Below, one piece after another: positions 13,057 to 23,481 of a stretch of 64,000 nt of DNA (within the stretch, counting starts at the first letter, position 1; each line of letters opens with the position of its first letter). The position numbers were made by a program, and so were the translations under genes. Source of the DNA: Escherichia phage vB_Eco_OMNI12. Below the pieces are notes generated by a model. It was not told where the DNA came from, searched no databases, and was given only the letters and a program-made list of their open reading frames with translations. The stretch lies in the sequence record OL362041.1; one strand, written 5' to 3'.

Positions 13057-14763
13057 TTATGGATAGGTATAGATGATACCAGTTTCTAAAGCAGTTTTAT
13101 GAATGATGTATCCATTGCGTGATTCTTGAACATCAACTTCTGGATAGTCTTTAATCATCTTCTGAAGAGTGTAACGATGCAGGTAGTATTTACTATCTGG
13201 GTCGTCAGTTTTCCAATCTTTACCTTCTTCGGTCATTTTTTGGATTTCATCCATAACCCACCAACCGCACCAGATATAAGCTGAAGTACGATGTGGAAGA
13301 GGATGAACATAAGGCAATTCACCTTCTGGTTCTGGAGCAACTTTATCAGTTACCTGAACTTGACCTTCTGCTGTAATAGTTTTGCTATCGTAATCAGTTG
13401 CAGTAACGACAGCAGTAACTTCAATAGTTTGACTTCCAACAGATGAGGTATCGACAGTATATACGTTAGTTGACCCTTCTACAGGAGAAGAATCTTTCTT
13501 CCATGAGTAAGTAATTTGTGCTTCTTCTGGAGCACCCGTAACATTAGCCGTAAATGTAGCCGAAGCATCTTGCTGAACGTTAATAGAAGGAGGAGTCAAT
13601 GTAACCTGTGGATTCATTGTTTTCTTATTAACAGTCAATGATACTTCATTAGAAGTAACTTCCTTTTCATTGTAATTTTCTGCAGTTACTTGCGCTACAC
13701 ACTTAACTGTTTTAGCTCCAACTGTGGTAGGAGTATAGTTAAATGTAGTAGTAGTTTCTCCATCGACCAGAGAACCGTCAACATACCACTGATACGTAGC
13801 AGACGCTCCTGGTGGCTGTGAATCCAAGGCAGCAGTAAATTGAACTGGGGTTCCAATTACTCCGGCAGCAGGATTAGCAGGAGTTACGGCTAACGTAGTT
13901 GTCTGTGTCTTCTTATTAACTGTTAATGATACTTCATTAGAAGTAACGCTTAGTGCATCATAATCTGTTGCTGTTACTTGCGCTACGCATTTAATTCTTT
14001 TTACTCCACTTGTAGTTGGAGTATAGCTAAATGTAGCAGAAGTCGCTTCACCAATTTGAGAATCATCTACATACCACTGATACGTAGCAGATGCCCCATC
14101 AGGTTGAGAAGCTAAGGCAGCAGTAAATTCAACGGCTGTTCCAATCACTCCAGCTGGAGGACTATCAGGAGTTACTGCCAAGGTAGTCGTCTGCGTCTTT
14201 TTATTAACAGTCAATGATACTTCATTAGAAGTAACGCTTAGTGCATCATAATCTGCCGCAGTTACTTGAGCTACACACTTGATTTTTTTAACTCCGCTTG
14301 TGTCAGGAGTGTAATTGAATGTAGCGTCAGTTGCTTCGTCTACAGGAGAACCGTCAACGTGCCATTGATACGTAGCGTTTGCACCTGATGGCTGTGAAGC
14401 TAAGGCAGCGGTAAATTCAATTGGAGTTCCAATCACTCCAGCATCAGGGCTACCAGGAGTTACTGCCAAAGTAGTTGTTTGTGTCTTATTTTGAACTGTG
14501 ATAGTTGTACTAATTTCAGCTGTTTCAGGTTCAGATTCTGCAACTTGATTGGTTGCAACTACTTTAATAGTCTTTTGACCGGCAGGTCCTTTTAGTACAT
14601 AACTAAAAGTTGCTGACGTTTCTTCCTGTGGAGCGTCGTCTACAGTCCAAGCATATGTAATAGGTCCATCTCCAGTTTGACCACTGGGTGTAGCAGTAAA
14701 CTGCTTAGTTTCATCAATAACCCCTGTCGGTGTTTTAGGAGTTATATCAACTGTAAAAGTCAT
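13057..14763 (-). CDS. hoc: highly immunogenic outer capsid protein Hoc, enlarged (five Ig-like modules plus capsid-binding C-terminal domain)
   Basis: 568 aa; repeated ~96 aa modules with conserved Trp/Cys Ig-like pattern; position rnlB-hoc-inh as in T4 (T4 Hoc recalled as 376 aa). Confidence 0.85.
   Translation of the reverse strand: MTFTVDITPKTPTGVIDETKQFTATPSGQTGDGPITYAWTVDDAPQEETSATFSYVLKGPAGQKTIKVVATNQVAESEPETAEISTTITVQNKTQTTTLAVTPGSPDAGVIGTPIEFTAALASQPSGANATYQWHVDGSPVDEATDATFNYTPDTSGVKKIKCVAQVTAADYDALSVTSNEVSLTVNKKTQTTTLAVTPDSPPAGVIGTAVEFTAALASQPDGASATYQWYVDDSQIGEATSATFSYTPTTSGVKRIKCVAQVTATDYDALSVTSNEVSLTVNKKTQTTTLAVTPANPAAGVIGTPVQFTAALDSQPPGASATYQWYVDGSLVDGETTTTFNYTPTTVGAKTVKCVAQVTAENYNEKEVTSNEVSLTVNKKTMNPQVTLTPPSINVQQDASATFTANVTGAPEEAQITYSWKKDSSPVEGSTNVYTVDTSSVGSQTIEVTAVVTATDYDSKTITAEGQVQVTDKVAPEPEGELPYVHPLPHRTSAYIWCGWWVMDEIQKMTEEGKDWKTDDPDSKYYLHRYTLQKMIKDYPEVDVQESRNGYIIHKTALETGIIYTYP
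13625..14488 (-). repeat. three tandem near-identical 288-bp coding repeats inside hoc
   Basis: Motif TTATTAACAGTCAATGATACTTCATTAGAAGTAAC recurs at 13625, 13913 and 14201. Confidence 0.85.
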
Positions 14764-14772
14764 AAGTTATCC

Positions 14773-15453
14773 TTATTTTAATGTTACGAAAGAAGAGTTG
14801 CGTGTTTCACGAATTAGAACTGATCCGTCACGGTTAATGTAATAAATTAAGCTAAATAAAGTTTGGTGTGCTGACGCATGTTCAAAACTAGTTGGGTGAG
14901 ATTTCCAATCAGGAGTTTCAGCAATCCATTGATAAATCCACCAAGGAACAGTACAGAATCCTGGATTTTTTCCAATCAACTGAAGATTCGGGCTAAAGTT
15001 TTCCGGAAGAGTAAATACAGACTGCTTTTCAGATTCAATAATCTCAGCTACAGCCTGTTCAAATTTTTCTTCAACAAATGGAGTATCTTCAATCAAAACA
15101 TCGGTATTTTCAGGAATTTTATCTGTTTCTACTACTTCAATTTTAATGTCAGATTTAACCGGAGAATCAATCAAAAGTGCTGCTTCTGGATTGACTTCTT
15201 CATCGTCATATTTTAACCCCTCTGCAGCATCAGCAGCATCAATTAAGTCTTTAATAGATAACCCATCAGTCTCCGGCATAGGTTCACTAGCGAGCTTCTG
15301 GAGAGCTTCTTCAATATCATTAACGATATTATCAAAAGATTTATTCTTTTTGACCTTTATACCAAACTGTTCAGCATATTCAGCTAATTTAGCTTTAGCT
15401 TCTTTATTATCATCAAGAGCCTTCAGCTCTGCAATATAATCTTTATCTATCAT
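14773..15453 (-). CDS. inh: inhibitor of prohead protease
   Basis: 226 aa acidic protein immediately downstream of hoc, T4 gene order. Confidence 0.6.
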   Translation of the reverse strand: MIDKDYIAELKALDDNKEAKAKLAEYAEQFGIKVKKNKSFDNIVNDIEEALQKLASEPMPETDGLSIKDLIDAADAAEGLKYDDEEVNPEAALLIDSPVKSDIKIEVVETDKIPENTDVLIEDTPFVEEKFEQAVAEIIESEKQSVFTLPENFSPNLQLIGKNPGFCTVPWWIYQWIAETPDWKSHPTSFEHASAHQTLFSLIYYINRDGSVLIRETRNSSFVTLK

Positions 15454-15466
15454 AATATTTCCTCAG

Positions 15467-15474
15467 TATAAATA
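15467..15474 (+). promoter_or_regulatory. late promoter TATAAATA upstream of uvsW
   Basis: Exact TATAAATA 30 nt before uvsW ATG. Confidence 0.6.
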
Positions 15475-15503
15475 TAGATATATTTATTACATGGTATTTA
15501 GAC

Positions 15504-17015
15504 ATGACTGACATTAAAGTACATTTTTATGATTTTAGTCACGTGAGAATTGATTGCGAAGAAAGTACATTTCATGAACTCCGTGATTTCTTTAGCTTTG
15601 AAGCTGATGGGTATCGTTTTAATCCGAAGTACAAATATGGCCACTGGGATGGACGAATTCGTCTTTTAGATTATAATCGCCTTCTTCCATTCGGTTTAGT
15701 CGGGCAAATTAAAAAGTTCTGCGATAACTTTGGCTATAAAGCCTGGATTGACCCACAGATTAACGAAAAAGAAGAATTATCAAGAAAAGATTTTGATGAA
15801 TGGCTTTCTAAATTAGAAATCTATTCAGGAAATAAAAGAATTGAACCGCATTGGTATCAAAAAGATGCAGTGTTCGAAGGATTAGTTAATCGTCGTAGAA
15901 TTCTTAATCTTCCAACATCCGCTGGTAAATCGTTAATTCAAGCTTTGCTTGCGCGATATTATTTGGAAAATTATGAAGGTAAAATTCTTATCATTGTTCC
16001 AACAACTGCTCTAACAACTCAGATGGCTGATGACTTCGTTGACTATCGTTTATTCAGTCATGCAATGATAAAGAAAATTGGTGGCGGAGCATCAAAAGAT
16101 GATAAATATAAAAATGATGCACCGGTCGTTGTTGGTACATGGCAAACTGTAGTAAAACAACCGAAAGAATGGTTCTCACAGTTTGGAATGATGATGAATG
16201 ATGAATGCCATCTTGCTACAGGAAAAAGTATTTCATCTATCATATCAGGTTTAAATAACTGCATGTTCAAATTTGGTCTATCTGGTTCATTACGTGATGG
16301 CAAAGCCAATATCATGCAGTATGTTGGAATGTTTGGTGAAATATTTAAGCCAGTAACGACTTCTAAATTAATGGAAGATGGACAAGTAACTGAGTTAAAA
16401 ATTAATAGTATTTTTCTTCGCTATCCCGATGAGTTCACTACTAAATTAAAGGGAAAAACTTACCAAGAAGAAATAAAAATTATTACTGGGCTTAGTAAAA
16501 GAAATAAATGGATCGCTAAATTAGCTATTAAGCTTGCACAAAAAGATGAAAACGCTTTTGTCATGTTTAAACACGTATCGCACGGTAAAGCTATTTTCGA
16601 TTTAATTAAAAATGAATACGATAAAGTTTATTACGTATCAGGGGAAGTTGATACCGAAACCCGCAATATAATGAAAACCTTAGCTGAAAACGGTAAAGGA
16701 ATAATTATAGTAGCTAGTTATGGTGTATTTTCTACTGGTATTTCAGTTAAAAATCTGCATCACGTTGTTTTAGCACACGGTGTTAAATCTAAAATTATTG
16801 TATTGCAAACAATAGGTCGCGTATTACGTAAACATGGTTCTAAAACAATCGCAACAGTCTGGGACCTCATAGATGACTGTGGTGTCAAGCCAAAATCTGC
16901 TAATACTAAAAAGAAATATGTTCACTTGAACTATCTTTTAAAACACGGCATTGATCGTATTCAGCGCTACGCAGATGAAAAATTTAATTACGTAATGAAA
17001 ACAGTTAATTTATAA
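15504..17015 (+). CDS. uvsW: UvsW DNA/RNA helicase (SF2)
   Basis: 503 aa; Walker A LPTSAGKS and DExH MMNDECH motifs; late promoter TATAAATA at 15467. Confidence 0.9.
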   Translation: MTDIKVHFYDFSHVRIDCEESTFHELRDFFSFEADGYRFNPKYKYGHWDGRIRLLDYNRLLPFGLVGQIKKFCDNFGYKAWIDPQINEKEELSRKDFDEWLSKLEIYSGNKRIEPHWYQKDAVFEGLVNRRRILNLPTSAGKSLIQALLARYYLENYEGKILIIVPTTALTTQMADDFVDYRLFSHAMIKKIGGGASKDDKYKNDAPVVVGTWQTVVKQPKEWFSQFGMMMNDECHLATGKSISSIISGLNNCMFKFGLSGSLRDGKANIMQYVGMFGEIFKPVTTSKLMEDGQVTELKINSIFLRYPDEFTTKLKGKTYQEEIKIITGLSKRNKWIAKLAIKLAQKDENAFVMFKHVSHGKAIFDLIKNEYDKVYYVSGEVDTETRNIMKTLAENGKGIIIVASYGVFSTGISVKNLHHVVLAHGVKSKIIVLQTIGRVLRKHGSKTIATVWDLIDDCGVKPKSANTKKKYVHLNYLLKHGIDRIQRYADEKFNYVMKTVNL

Positions 17016-17030
17016 GGGCTTCGGCCCTTT
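17016..17030 (+). terminator. terminator-like hairpin after uvsW
   Basis: GGGC-TTCG-GCCC then TTT; GGAG SD of next ORF follows. Confidence 0.5.
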
Positions 17031-17271
17031 GGAGAAAAAGATGTTACTAGAATTTAAACAATTTCTTTATGAAGCTTCTATTGATGAATTTATGGGTAAA
17101 ATTGCCTCTTGTCAAACATTAGAAGGTTTAGAAGAACTTGAAGCTTATTATAAGAAAAGAGTTAAAGAAACTGAATTAAAAGATACTGATGACATCTCAG
17201 TCAGAGATGCTTTGGCAGGAAAAAGAGCTGAATTAGAAGATTCAGACGATGAAGTAGAAGAAAGCTTTTAA
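17029..17271 (+). CDS. uvsW.1: UvsW.1 small acidic protein
   Basis: 80 aa ORF directly after uvsW with GGAG SD. Confidence 0.6.
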   Translation: MEKKMLLEFKQFLYEASIDEFMGKIASCQTLEGLEELEAYYKKRVKETELKDTDDISVRDALAGKRAELEDSDDEVEESF

Positions 17272-17326
17272 ATTAAAAAAGGCCCAACCAAAAAGGAAGG
17301 GCCAAAACTATAGACTAAAGGTCACA

Positions 17327-17494
17327 CTATAGCAAAAGTTGCGTTTCATTTAATTGTTCTTCCGAACTTTCTGAAACTGGTAGTTCTTTAATGTAATTAT
17401 AGCAAGGCCCAGGATGTACAGGACCTTTGTCTGTTTCAACAACCAATGCAGAATCGATTGGAGTTTTACAGACAACACAAATCTTATCTGACAT
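17327..17494 (-). CDS. small Cys-containing protein (uvsY.-2-like), 55 aa; not in the supplied ORF track
   Basis: Hand-translated: ATG preceded by GAGGAG, reads MSDKICVVCKTPIDSALVVETDKGPVHPGPCYNYIKELPVSESSEEQLNETQLLL. Confidence 0.45.
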   Translation of the reverse strand: MSDKICVVCKTPIDSALVVETDKGPVHPGPCYNYIKELPVSESSEEQLNETQLLL

Positions 17495-17522
17495 GATTGT
17501 CTCCTCTGAATTATATATCTAT

Positions 17523-17747
17523 TTATACAACTCTCATATGCATATCAATGCCCATATCTTTAGAATAAAAATATTCATCAAGATATCCGGCAAATTTTCC
17601 TTTAATATAAAGAACATCTTCACCGCACGGGTGGTCGGCCAGGATACGAATATCCTGACGCTTAAGATTATGCTTTTTCATTAAGAATTGAATTTCCGTT
17701 TCAAATTCTTCTTCATAATTAAAAGCATCATCAATGTTATATCTCAT
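17523..17747 (-). CDS. hypothetical protein (uvsY.-1-like position)
   Basis: 74 aa ORF immediately downstream of uvsY. Confidence 0.5.
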   Translation of the reverse strand: MRYNIDDAFNYEEEFETEIQFLMKKHNLKRQDIRILADHPCGEDVLYIKGKFAGYLDEYFYSKDMGIDMHMRVV

Positions 17748-18160
17748 TATTTTCCAGCCTCAAATGCTCGCATGTCTTGAATATGCTTAATAGCAAATCC
17801 ACGTGATTTAATAGCATCAAGAGCTCCGCTACAGAAATCTAATAAAATCCCCCAATACTGTAACGAGGTATCAACCTTTAAAACATCCTTATCAGCTGAT
17901 AGAACTGTCTTCATTTCTGATTTCTCGTAACGATCCATACTAAATTCATCACCATCTCCTCGTCCCGAGTAGTAGTCTAATTTAGCTTTAAGAGCAACTT
18001 TTTTCTGTGCATCAATTCTAAGCATTTCCTTTTTAATACTTGAATGCTTATTAAGCCATTTACTATATAACATCACATTATTAGCTGCTTCATACTGTAA
18101 TTTAGTCGAATCTATAAACACATCTTTCTTCAATTCTTCTTGAAGATCTTCTAATCTCAT
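17747..18160 (-). CDS. uvsY: UvsY recombination mediator
   Basis: 137 aa as T4 UvsY; position upstream of 25/26 block. Confidence 0.8.
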   Translation of the reverse strand: MRLEDLQEELKKDVFIDSTKLQYEAANNVMLYSKWLNKHSSIKKEMLRIDAQKKVALKAKLDYYSGRGDGDEFSMDRYEKSEMKTVLSADKDVLKVDTSLQYWGILLDFCSGALDAIKSRGFAIKHIQDMRAFEAGK

Positions 18161-18226
18161 ATTGTTCTCTATTCAATTGTTATTGGATGGACTTAGATTC
18201 ATTATACCACGTTTATACGTGAAGCA

Positions 18227-18625
18227 TTATACTCTATTACTGGAAGCCAGTTGTAGTTTTATCTGCTCAATATCATCAGGGTTATCGATGACTGAAAAGC
18301 GTATTTCTACTATCAAAGTATAATCATCATAAACCGGTATTACATTAACTGCTAATTTATCAATACGTGGCTCATAGTTTCTTACTGCGCTTTCGATATT
18401 ACGCTCAACCGTGTCAGCAGTAAGAGGAGTCATATTCTCAAAAAGTTGGTCAGATAAATCGCATCCAAATTCAGGGTCAAACGGTCTTGAACCTTTTCTT
18501 GTTGTAATAATTCCTAAAAGACTATTTTTAATTGACCTTAATCCAAGTGATCTTGAAACGTCTTTGTTCCAATCCATTTTCATCTCTGGGTCAATATCAG
18601 AATAAAGCTTATTAATATTTGCCAT
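18227..18625 (-). CDS. 25: baseplate wedge protein gp25
   Basis: 132 aa as T4 gp25; start overlaps stop of gene 26. Confidence 0.85.
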   Translation of the reverse strand: MANINKLYSDIDPEMKMDWNKDVSRSLGLRSIKNSLLGIITTRKGSRPFDPEFGCDLSDQLFENMTPLTADTVERNIESAVRNYEPRIDKLAVNVIPVYDDYTLIVEIRFSVIDNPDDIEQIKLQLASSNRV

Positions 18626-19251
18626 TACAATAGCTCAAAGAATTCTTTGAGTCCTCTTATTACATGAGCGTGAGTTTTTCCACACTCTGGACATTTAATT
18701 GGAACAGCCAAATAAACAGTAGGCTTTAAAAGCATATCTTTTATAGCTACAATATCTGACTCTGTGATGATAGAATATAAATCTTCTAGTTCCTTTTCAT
18801 TTAAGTCTTCAACTGGAATGCTTTCCCCGTTAGCATGAATCGTTTCTATACATGATACTATCATGTGGGCTATATTTTTATCATCAAAAATTTTAGGGTA
18901 TCGGAATTTAATTTTAATGTCACCCAGTGTATACCAAAGGTCTTCTGGTGCATCTATTTGTGTATGTAATAGATTTATATGGGTTGGTATTTCAGTTCCG
19001 CAGGTGCACTTCCAGGAGTTTTCGTGATTAACTTCTCCAAGAGAATGCGCCCATAAATGAATCAACAATAGTTCTGATTCTTGGCGATTTAAATCTTTTG
19101 CATTTGTGCAGTCTTTGATTAGCTTTTTAACAATTACTTCTACAGAACCATTATTTTTGGCAGTAATAAGTTCTAGATATTCTTTAAGAGTAAATGCGCG
19201 ACAGTTGATTATTTTAGAACCAACTCTCACATCAAATTTGTATTCATACAT
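18625..19251 (-). CDS. 26: baseplate hub protein gp26
   Basis: 208 aa; divergent from gene 51 with shared late promoter region. Confidence 0.8.
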   Translation of the reverse strand: MYEYKFDVRVGSKIINCRAFTLKEYLELITAKNNGSVEVIVKKLIKDCTNAKDLNRQESELLLIHLWAHSLGEVNHENSWKCTCGTEIPTHINLLHTQIDAPEDLWYTLGDIKIKFRYPKIFDDKNIAHMIVSCIETIHANGESIPVEDLNEKELEDLYSIITESDIVAIKDMLLKPTVYLAVPIKCPECGKTHAHVIRGLKEFFELL

Positions 19252-19272
19252 ATTTAGCTCCTTTATTTATCA

Positions 19273-19284
19273 TATTTATAAATA
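19273..19284. promoter_or_regulatory. overlapping divergent late promoters for genes 26 (minus) and 51 (plus)
   Basis: TATTTATAAATA contains TATAAATA on both strands. Confidence 0.6.
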
Positions 19285-19301
19285 GAATAAAAGGAGCATC
19301 T

Positions 19302-20051
19302 ATGGCAAACATTATTCGTTGTAAATTACCAGATGGTGTTCATCGTTTTAAACCATTTACGGTAGAAGATTATCGAGATTTTTTGTTAGTTCGAAACGAT
19401 ATAGAACATCGGTCACCACAAGAACAAAAAGAAATAATTACTGATTTAATTGATGATTATTTTGGAGACTATCCGAAGACTTGGCAACCATTTATATTTT
19501 TGCAGGTATTTGTAGGTTCAATAGGTAAAACTAAAGTACCAGTCACATTTGTATGTCCAAAATGTAAAAAAGAAAAGACAGTTCCATTTGAAATATATCA
19601 AAAAGAATTAAAGGAACCTATTTTTGATGTAGCTAATGTTAAAATTAAATTAAATTTTCCTTCTGAGTTTTATGAAAATAAAGCAAAGATGATTACTGAA
19701 AATATTCATTCTGTTCAAGTAGATGAAATGTGGTATGATTGGAAGGAAATTAGTGAATCGAGTCAAATAGAACTTGTTGACGCCATCGAGATAGAAACAT
19801 TAGAAAAAATTCTCGATGCAATGAATCCTATTAATTTAACATTGCACATGTCGTGTTGTGATAAGTACATTAAAAAATACACTGATATAGTAGATGTGTT
19901 TAAGCTATTAGTTAATCCAGATGAGATATTTACTTTTTATCAAATTAATCACACGCTTGTAAAAAGTAATTATAGCTTAAATTCAATAATGAAAATGATT
20001 CCTGCCGAGCGCGGATTCGTATTAAAACTGATTGAGAAGGATAAACAATAA
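19302..20051 (+). CDS. 51: baseplate hub assembly protein gp51
   Basis: 249 aa; late promoter TATAAATA 19277..19284. Confidence 0.8.
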   Translation: MANIIRCKLPDGVHRFKPFTVEDYRDFLLVRNDIEHRSPQEQKEIITDLIDDYFGDYPKTWQPFIFLQVFVGSIGKTKVPVTFVCPKCKKEKTVPFEIYQKELKEPIFDVANVKIKLNFPSEFYENKAKMITENIHSVQVDEMWYDWKEISESSQIELVDAIEIETLEKILDAMNPINLTLHMSCCDKYIKKYTDIVDVFKLLVNPDEIFTFYQINHTLVKSNYSLNSIMKMIPAERGFVLKLIEKDKQ

Positions 20052-21223
20052 TGAGTATGTTGCAACGCCCCGGATATCCAAATCTCAGCGTTAAATTATT
20101 TGAGAGTTATGACGCTTGGAGTAATAATAGATTTGTTGAATTAGCTGCTACTATTACCACATTAACTATGCGGGATTCTCTTTATGGTCGAAATGAAGGA
20201 ATGCTACAATTTTATGATTCTAAAAATATCCATACAAAAATGGATGGAAATGAAATAATTCAGATTTCTGTAGCTAATGCAAACGATATTAATAATGTTA
20301 AAACAAGAATTTATGGATGTAAGCATTTTTCTGTATCTGTAGATTCAAAAGGTGATAACATCATTGCTATTGAATTGGGAACTATTCATTCTATAGAAAA
20401 TCTTAAATTTGGTAGACCATTTTTCCCTGATGCAGGTGAATCTATAAAAGAAATGCTTGGTGTCATTTATCAAGACCGCACATTATTAACTCCAGCAATA
20501 AATGCTATAAATGCTTATGTTCCTGATATTCCATGGACTAGCACATTTGAAAACTATTTGTCATATGTAAGAGAAGTTGCTCTAGCGGTAGGAAGCGATA
20601 AGTTCGTATTTGTATGGCAAGACATCATGGGAGTTAACATGATGGACTATGATATGATGATAAATCAAGAACCATATCCAATGATTGTAGGTGAGCCAAC
20701 TTTAATAGGTCAATTCGTCCAAGAATTGAAATATCCATTAGCATATGATTTTGTTTGGTTGACTAAATCAAACCCGCATAAACGTGATCCAATGAAAAAT
20801 GCTACTATCTATGCTCATTCATTTTTAGATTCTTCATTACCAATGATTACTACAGGAAAGGGTGAAAACTCTATTGTAGTGTCAAGGTCAGGTGCTTATT
20901 CTGAAATGACTTATAGAAATGGATATGAAGAAGCTATTCGTCTTCAGACTATGGCGCAATATGACGGCTATGCTAAATGTTCTACTGTCGGTAATTTTAA
21001 CTTGACTCCTGGCGTTAAAATTATTTTTAATGATAGTAAAAACCAATTTAAAACAGAATTTTACGTTGATGAAGTTATTCACGAATTATCAAATAATAAT
21101 TCCGTAACTCATCTATATATGTTCACTAATGCAACGAAACTGGAAACAATCGACCCAGTTAAGGTTAAAAATGAATTTAAAACTGATACTACCACTGAAG
21201 AAAGTAGTTCTTCCGATAAGTAA
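20051..21223 (+). CDS. 27: baseplate hub protein gp27
   Basis: 390 aa; follows gene 51. Confidence 0.85.
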   Translation: MSMLQRPGYPNLSVKLFESYDAWSNNRFVELAATITTLTMRDSLYGRNEGMLQFYDSKNIHTKMDGNEIIQISVANANDINNVKTRIYGCKHFSVSVDSKGDNIIAIELGTIHSIENLKFGRPFFPDAGESIKEMLGVIYQDRTLLTPAINAINAYVPDIPWTSTFENYLSYVREVALAVGSDKFVFVWQDIMGVNMMDYDMMINQEPYPMIVGEPTLIGQFVQELKYPLAYDFVWLTKSNPHKRDPMKNATIYAHSFLDSSLPMITTGKGENSIVVSRSGAYSEMTYRNGYEEAIRLQTMAQYDGYAKCSTVGNFNLTPGVKIIFNDSKNQFKTEFYVDEVIHELSNNNSVTHLYMFTNATKLETIDPVKVKNEFKTDTTTEESSSSDK

Positions 21224-21704
21224 TAAAGAAGTTTCTATTCCTAAGATGGGTCTTAAACATTATAACATTTTAAAAGATGTTAAAGGTCCTGATGAAAATT
21301 TAAAGCTTCTTATTGATTCTATTTGTCCAAATTTATCACCGGCAGAAGTTGATTTCGTTTCTATTCATTTATTGGAATTTAATGGAAAGATTAAATCTCG
21401 TAAAGAAATAGATGGCTATACTTATGACATTAATGATGTTTATGTATGCCAAAGATTAGAATTTCAATACCAAGGAAATACATTTTATTTTAGACCTCCT
21501 GGAAAATTTGAACAATTTTTAACGGTGAGCGATATGTTATCTAAATGCTTGCTTAAGGTCAACGATGAAGTTAAAGAAATTAATTTTCTTGAGATGCCAG
21601 CATTCGTTTTAAAATGGGCAAATGATATTTTTACAACTTTAGCAATTCCTGGCCCTAATGGTCCAATAACTGGAATTGGCAATATTATTGGATTATTTGA
21701 ATGA
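21171..21704 (+). CDS. 28: baseplate hub distal subunit gp28
   Basis: ORF 21129..21704; internal Met start gives 177 aa as recalled for T4 gp28. Confidence 0.7.
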   Translation: MNLKLILPLKKVVLPISNKEVSIPKMGLKHYNILKDVKGPDENLKLLIDSICPNLSPAEVDFVSIHLLEFNGKIKSRKEIDGYTYDINDVYVCQRLEFQYQGNTFYFRPPGKFEQFLTVSDMLSKCLLKVNDEVKEINFLEMPAFVLKWANDIFTTLAIPGPNGPITGIGNIIGLFE

Positions 21705-23473
21705 AAAAGCCACAAGAAATGCAAACGATGCGTAGAAAAGTTATTTCAGATAATAAACCAACACAGGAAGCGGCTAAATCCGCTTCCAATACTTTATCTG
21801 GACTTAATGACATTTCTACAAAATTGGATGATGCTCAAGCTGCTTCTGAATTAATAGCTCAAACCGTTGAAGAAAAATCGAATGAAATAATTGGAGCAAT
21901 TGACAATGTAGAAAGCGCAGTGAGTGATACTACTGCTGGTTCTGAGTTAATTGCTGAAACTGTCGAAATTGGCAATAATATTAATAAAGAAATCGGTGAA
22001 TCGCTCGGAAGTAAATTAGATAAATTAACGAGTTTACTCGAGCAAAAAATCCAGACAGCCGGAATTCAACAAACAGGAACTAGTTTAGCTACGGTTGAAA
22101 GCGCTATTCCTGTTAAAGTTGTTGAGGACGATACAGCTGAATCCGTGGGTCCTTTATTACCAGCTCCTGAAGCAGTTAATAATGATCCTGACGCTGATTT
22201 TTTCCCTGCCCCTCAACCAGTTGAACCTAAGCGAGAGTCACCGGAAGAAAAACAGAAAAAAGAAGCATTTAATTTAAAATTATCTCAAGCTTTAGATAAA
22301 TTAACAAAGACTGTTGATTTTGGATTTAAAAAATCCATTTCAATTACTGATAAAATATCAAGCATGCTATTTAAGTATACTGTCAGTGCTGCTATTGAAG
22401 CTGCTAAAATGGTTGCATTAATAATGGCTGTTGTTATTGGAATAGACCTACTGATGGTTCATTTTAAATATTGGTCAGATAAATTTTCAAAAGCCTGGGA
22501 TTTGTTTAGCACTGATTTTAAAACTTTTTCAAGCGAAACCGGAACTTGGGGTCCTTTATTACAGAGCATCTTTGAATCTATTGATGAAATTAAAAAGTTC
22601 TGGGAAGCGGGAGATTGGGGCGGTTTGACGGTAGCTATTGTAGAAGGGCTTGGAAAGGTTCTTTATAATTTAGGAGAACTTATTCAGCTTGGAATGGCTA
22701 AATTATCAGCAGCAATTCTTCGAGTTATTCCTGGTATGAAAGATACTGCTGACGAAGTAGAAGGAAGAGCACTGGAAAATTTCCAAAATTCTACTGGAGC
22801 ATCTCTCAATAAAGAAGACCAGGAAAAAGTTGCGAATTATCAAGATAAACGAATGAATGGAGACCTTGGTCCGATAGCAGAAGGACTAGACAAAATTGCG
22901 AACTGGAAAACTCGTGCATCTAACTGGATTCGTGGTGTTGATAATAAAGAAGCATTGACAACTGATGAAGAACGCGCAGCAGAAGAAGAAAAATTAAAGC
23001 AGCTTTCACCAGAAGAAAGAAAAAATGCTTTAATGAAGGCTAATGAAGCCCGTGCCGCGATGATTCGTTTTGAAAAATATGCTGATTCAGCTGATATGAG
23101 TAAAGACTCAACGGTTAAATCAGTTGAAGCTGCCTATGAAGACCTTAAAAAACGAATGGATGACCCGGATTTAAATAATTCACCGGCAGTTAAAAAAGAA
23201 CTTGCTGCTAGATTTTCTAAAATTGATGCTACTTATCAAGAGCTCAAGAAAAATCAGCCTAATGCCAAACCTCAAACTTCTGCTAAATCGCCAGAAGCAA
23301 AACAAGTCCAGGTAATAGAAAAGAACAAAGCACAGCAAGCTCCTATTCAACAAGCATCTCCTTCAATCAATAATACTAATAATGTTATTAAGAAAAATAC
23401 TGTCGTTCATAATATGACACCCGTAACGAGCACGACTGCTCCTGGTGTATTTGATGCGACTGGAGTTAATTAA
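21701..23473 (+). CDS. 29: baseplate hub / tail length determinator gp29
   Basis: 590 aa as T4 gp29; gene order 28-29-48-54. Confidence 0.85.
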   Translation: MKKPQEMQTMRRKVISDNKPTQEAAKSASNTLSGLNDISTKLDDAQAASELIAQTVEEKSNEIIGAIDNVESAVSDTTAGSELIAETVEIGNNINKEIGESLGSKLDKLTSLLEQKIQTAGIQQTGTSLATVESAIPVKVVEDDTAESVGPLLPAPEAVNNDPDADFFPAPQPVEPKRESPEEKQKKEAFNLKLSQALDKLTKTVDFGFKKSISITDKISSMLFKYTVSAAIEAAKMVALIMAVVIGIDLLMVHFKYWSDKFSKAWDLFSTDFKTFSSETGTWGPLLQSIFESIDEIKKFWEAGDWGGLTVAIVEGLGKVLYNLGELIQLGMAKLSAAILRVIPGMKDTADEVEGRALENFQNSTGASLNKEDQEKVANYQDKRMNGDLGPIAEGLDKIANWKTRASNWIRGVDNKEALTTDEERAAEEEKLKQLSPEERKNALMKANEARAAMIRFEKYADSADMSKDSTVKSVEAAYEDLKKRMDDPDLNNSPAVKKELAARFSKIDATYQELKKNQPNAKPQTSAKSPEAKQVQVIEKNKAQQAPIQQASPSINNTNNVIKKNTVVHNMTPVTSTTAPGVFDATGVN

Positions 23474-23481
23474 GGAATAAT

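Noticed and set aside
13625-14488. Possible CRISPR array suggested by regular 288-bp periodicity
   Set aside because: The repeats are long, in frame and encode Ig-like protein modules inside hoc; there are no short direct repeats with unique spacers.
14878-15439. Plus-strand ORFs overlapping inh
   Set aside because: Antisense to inh in a late minus-strand operon; Phe/Asn-rich low-complexity translation typical of AT-rich shadow frames.
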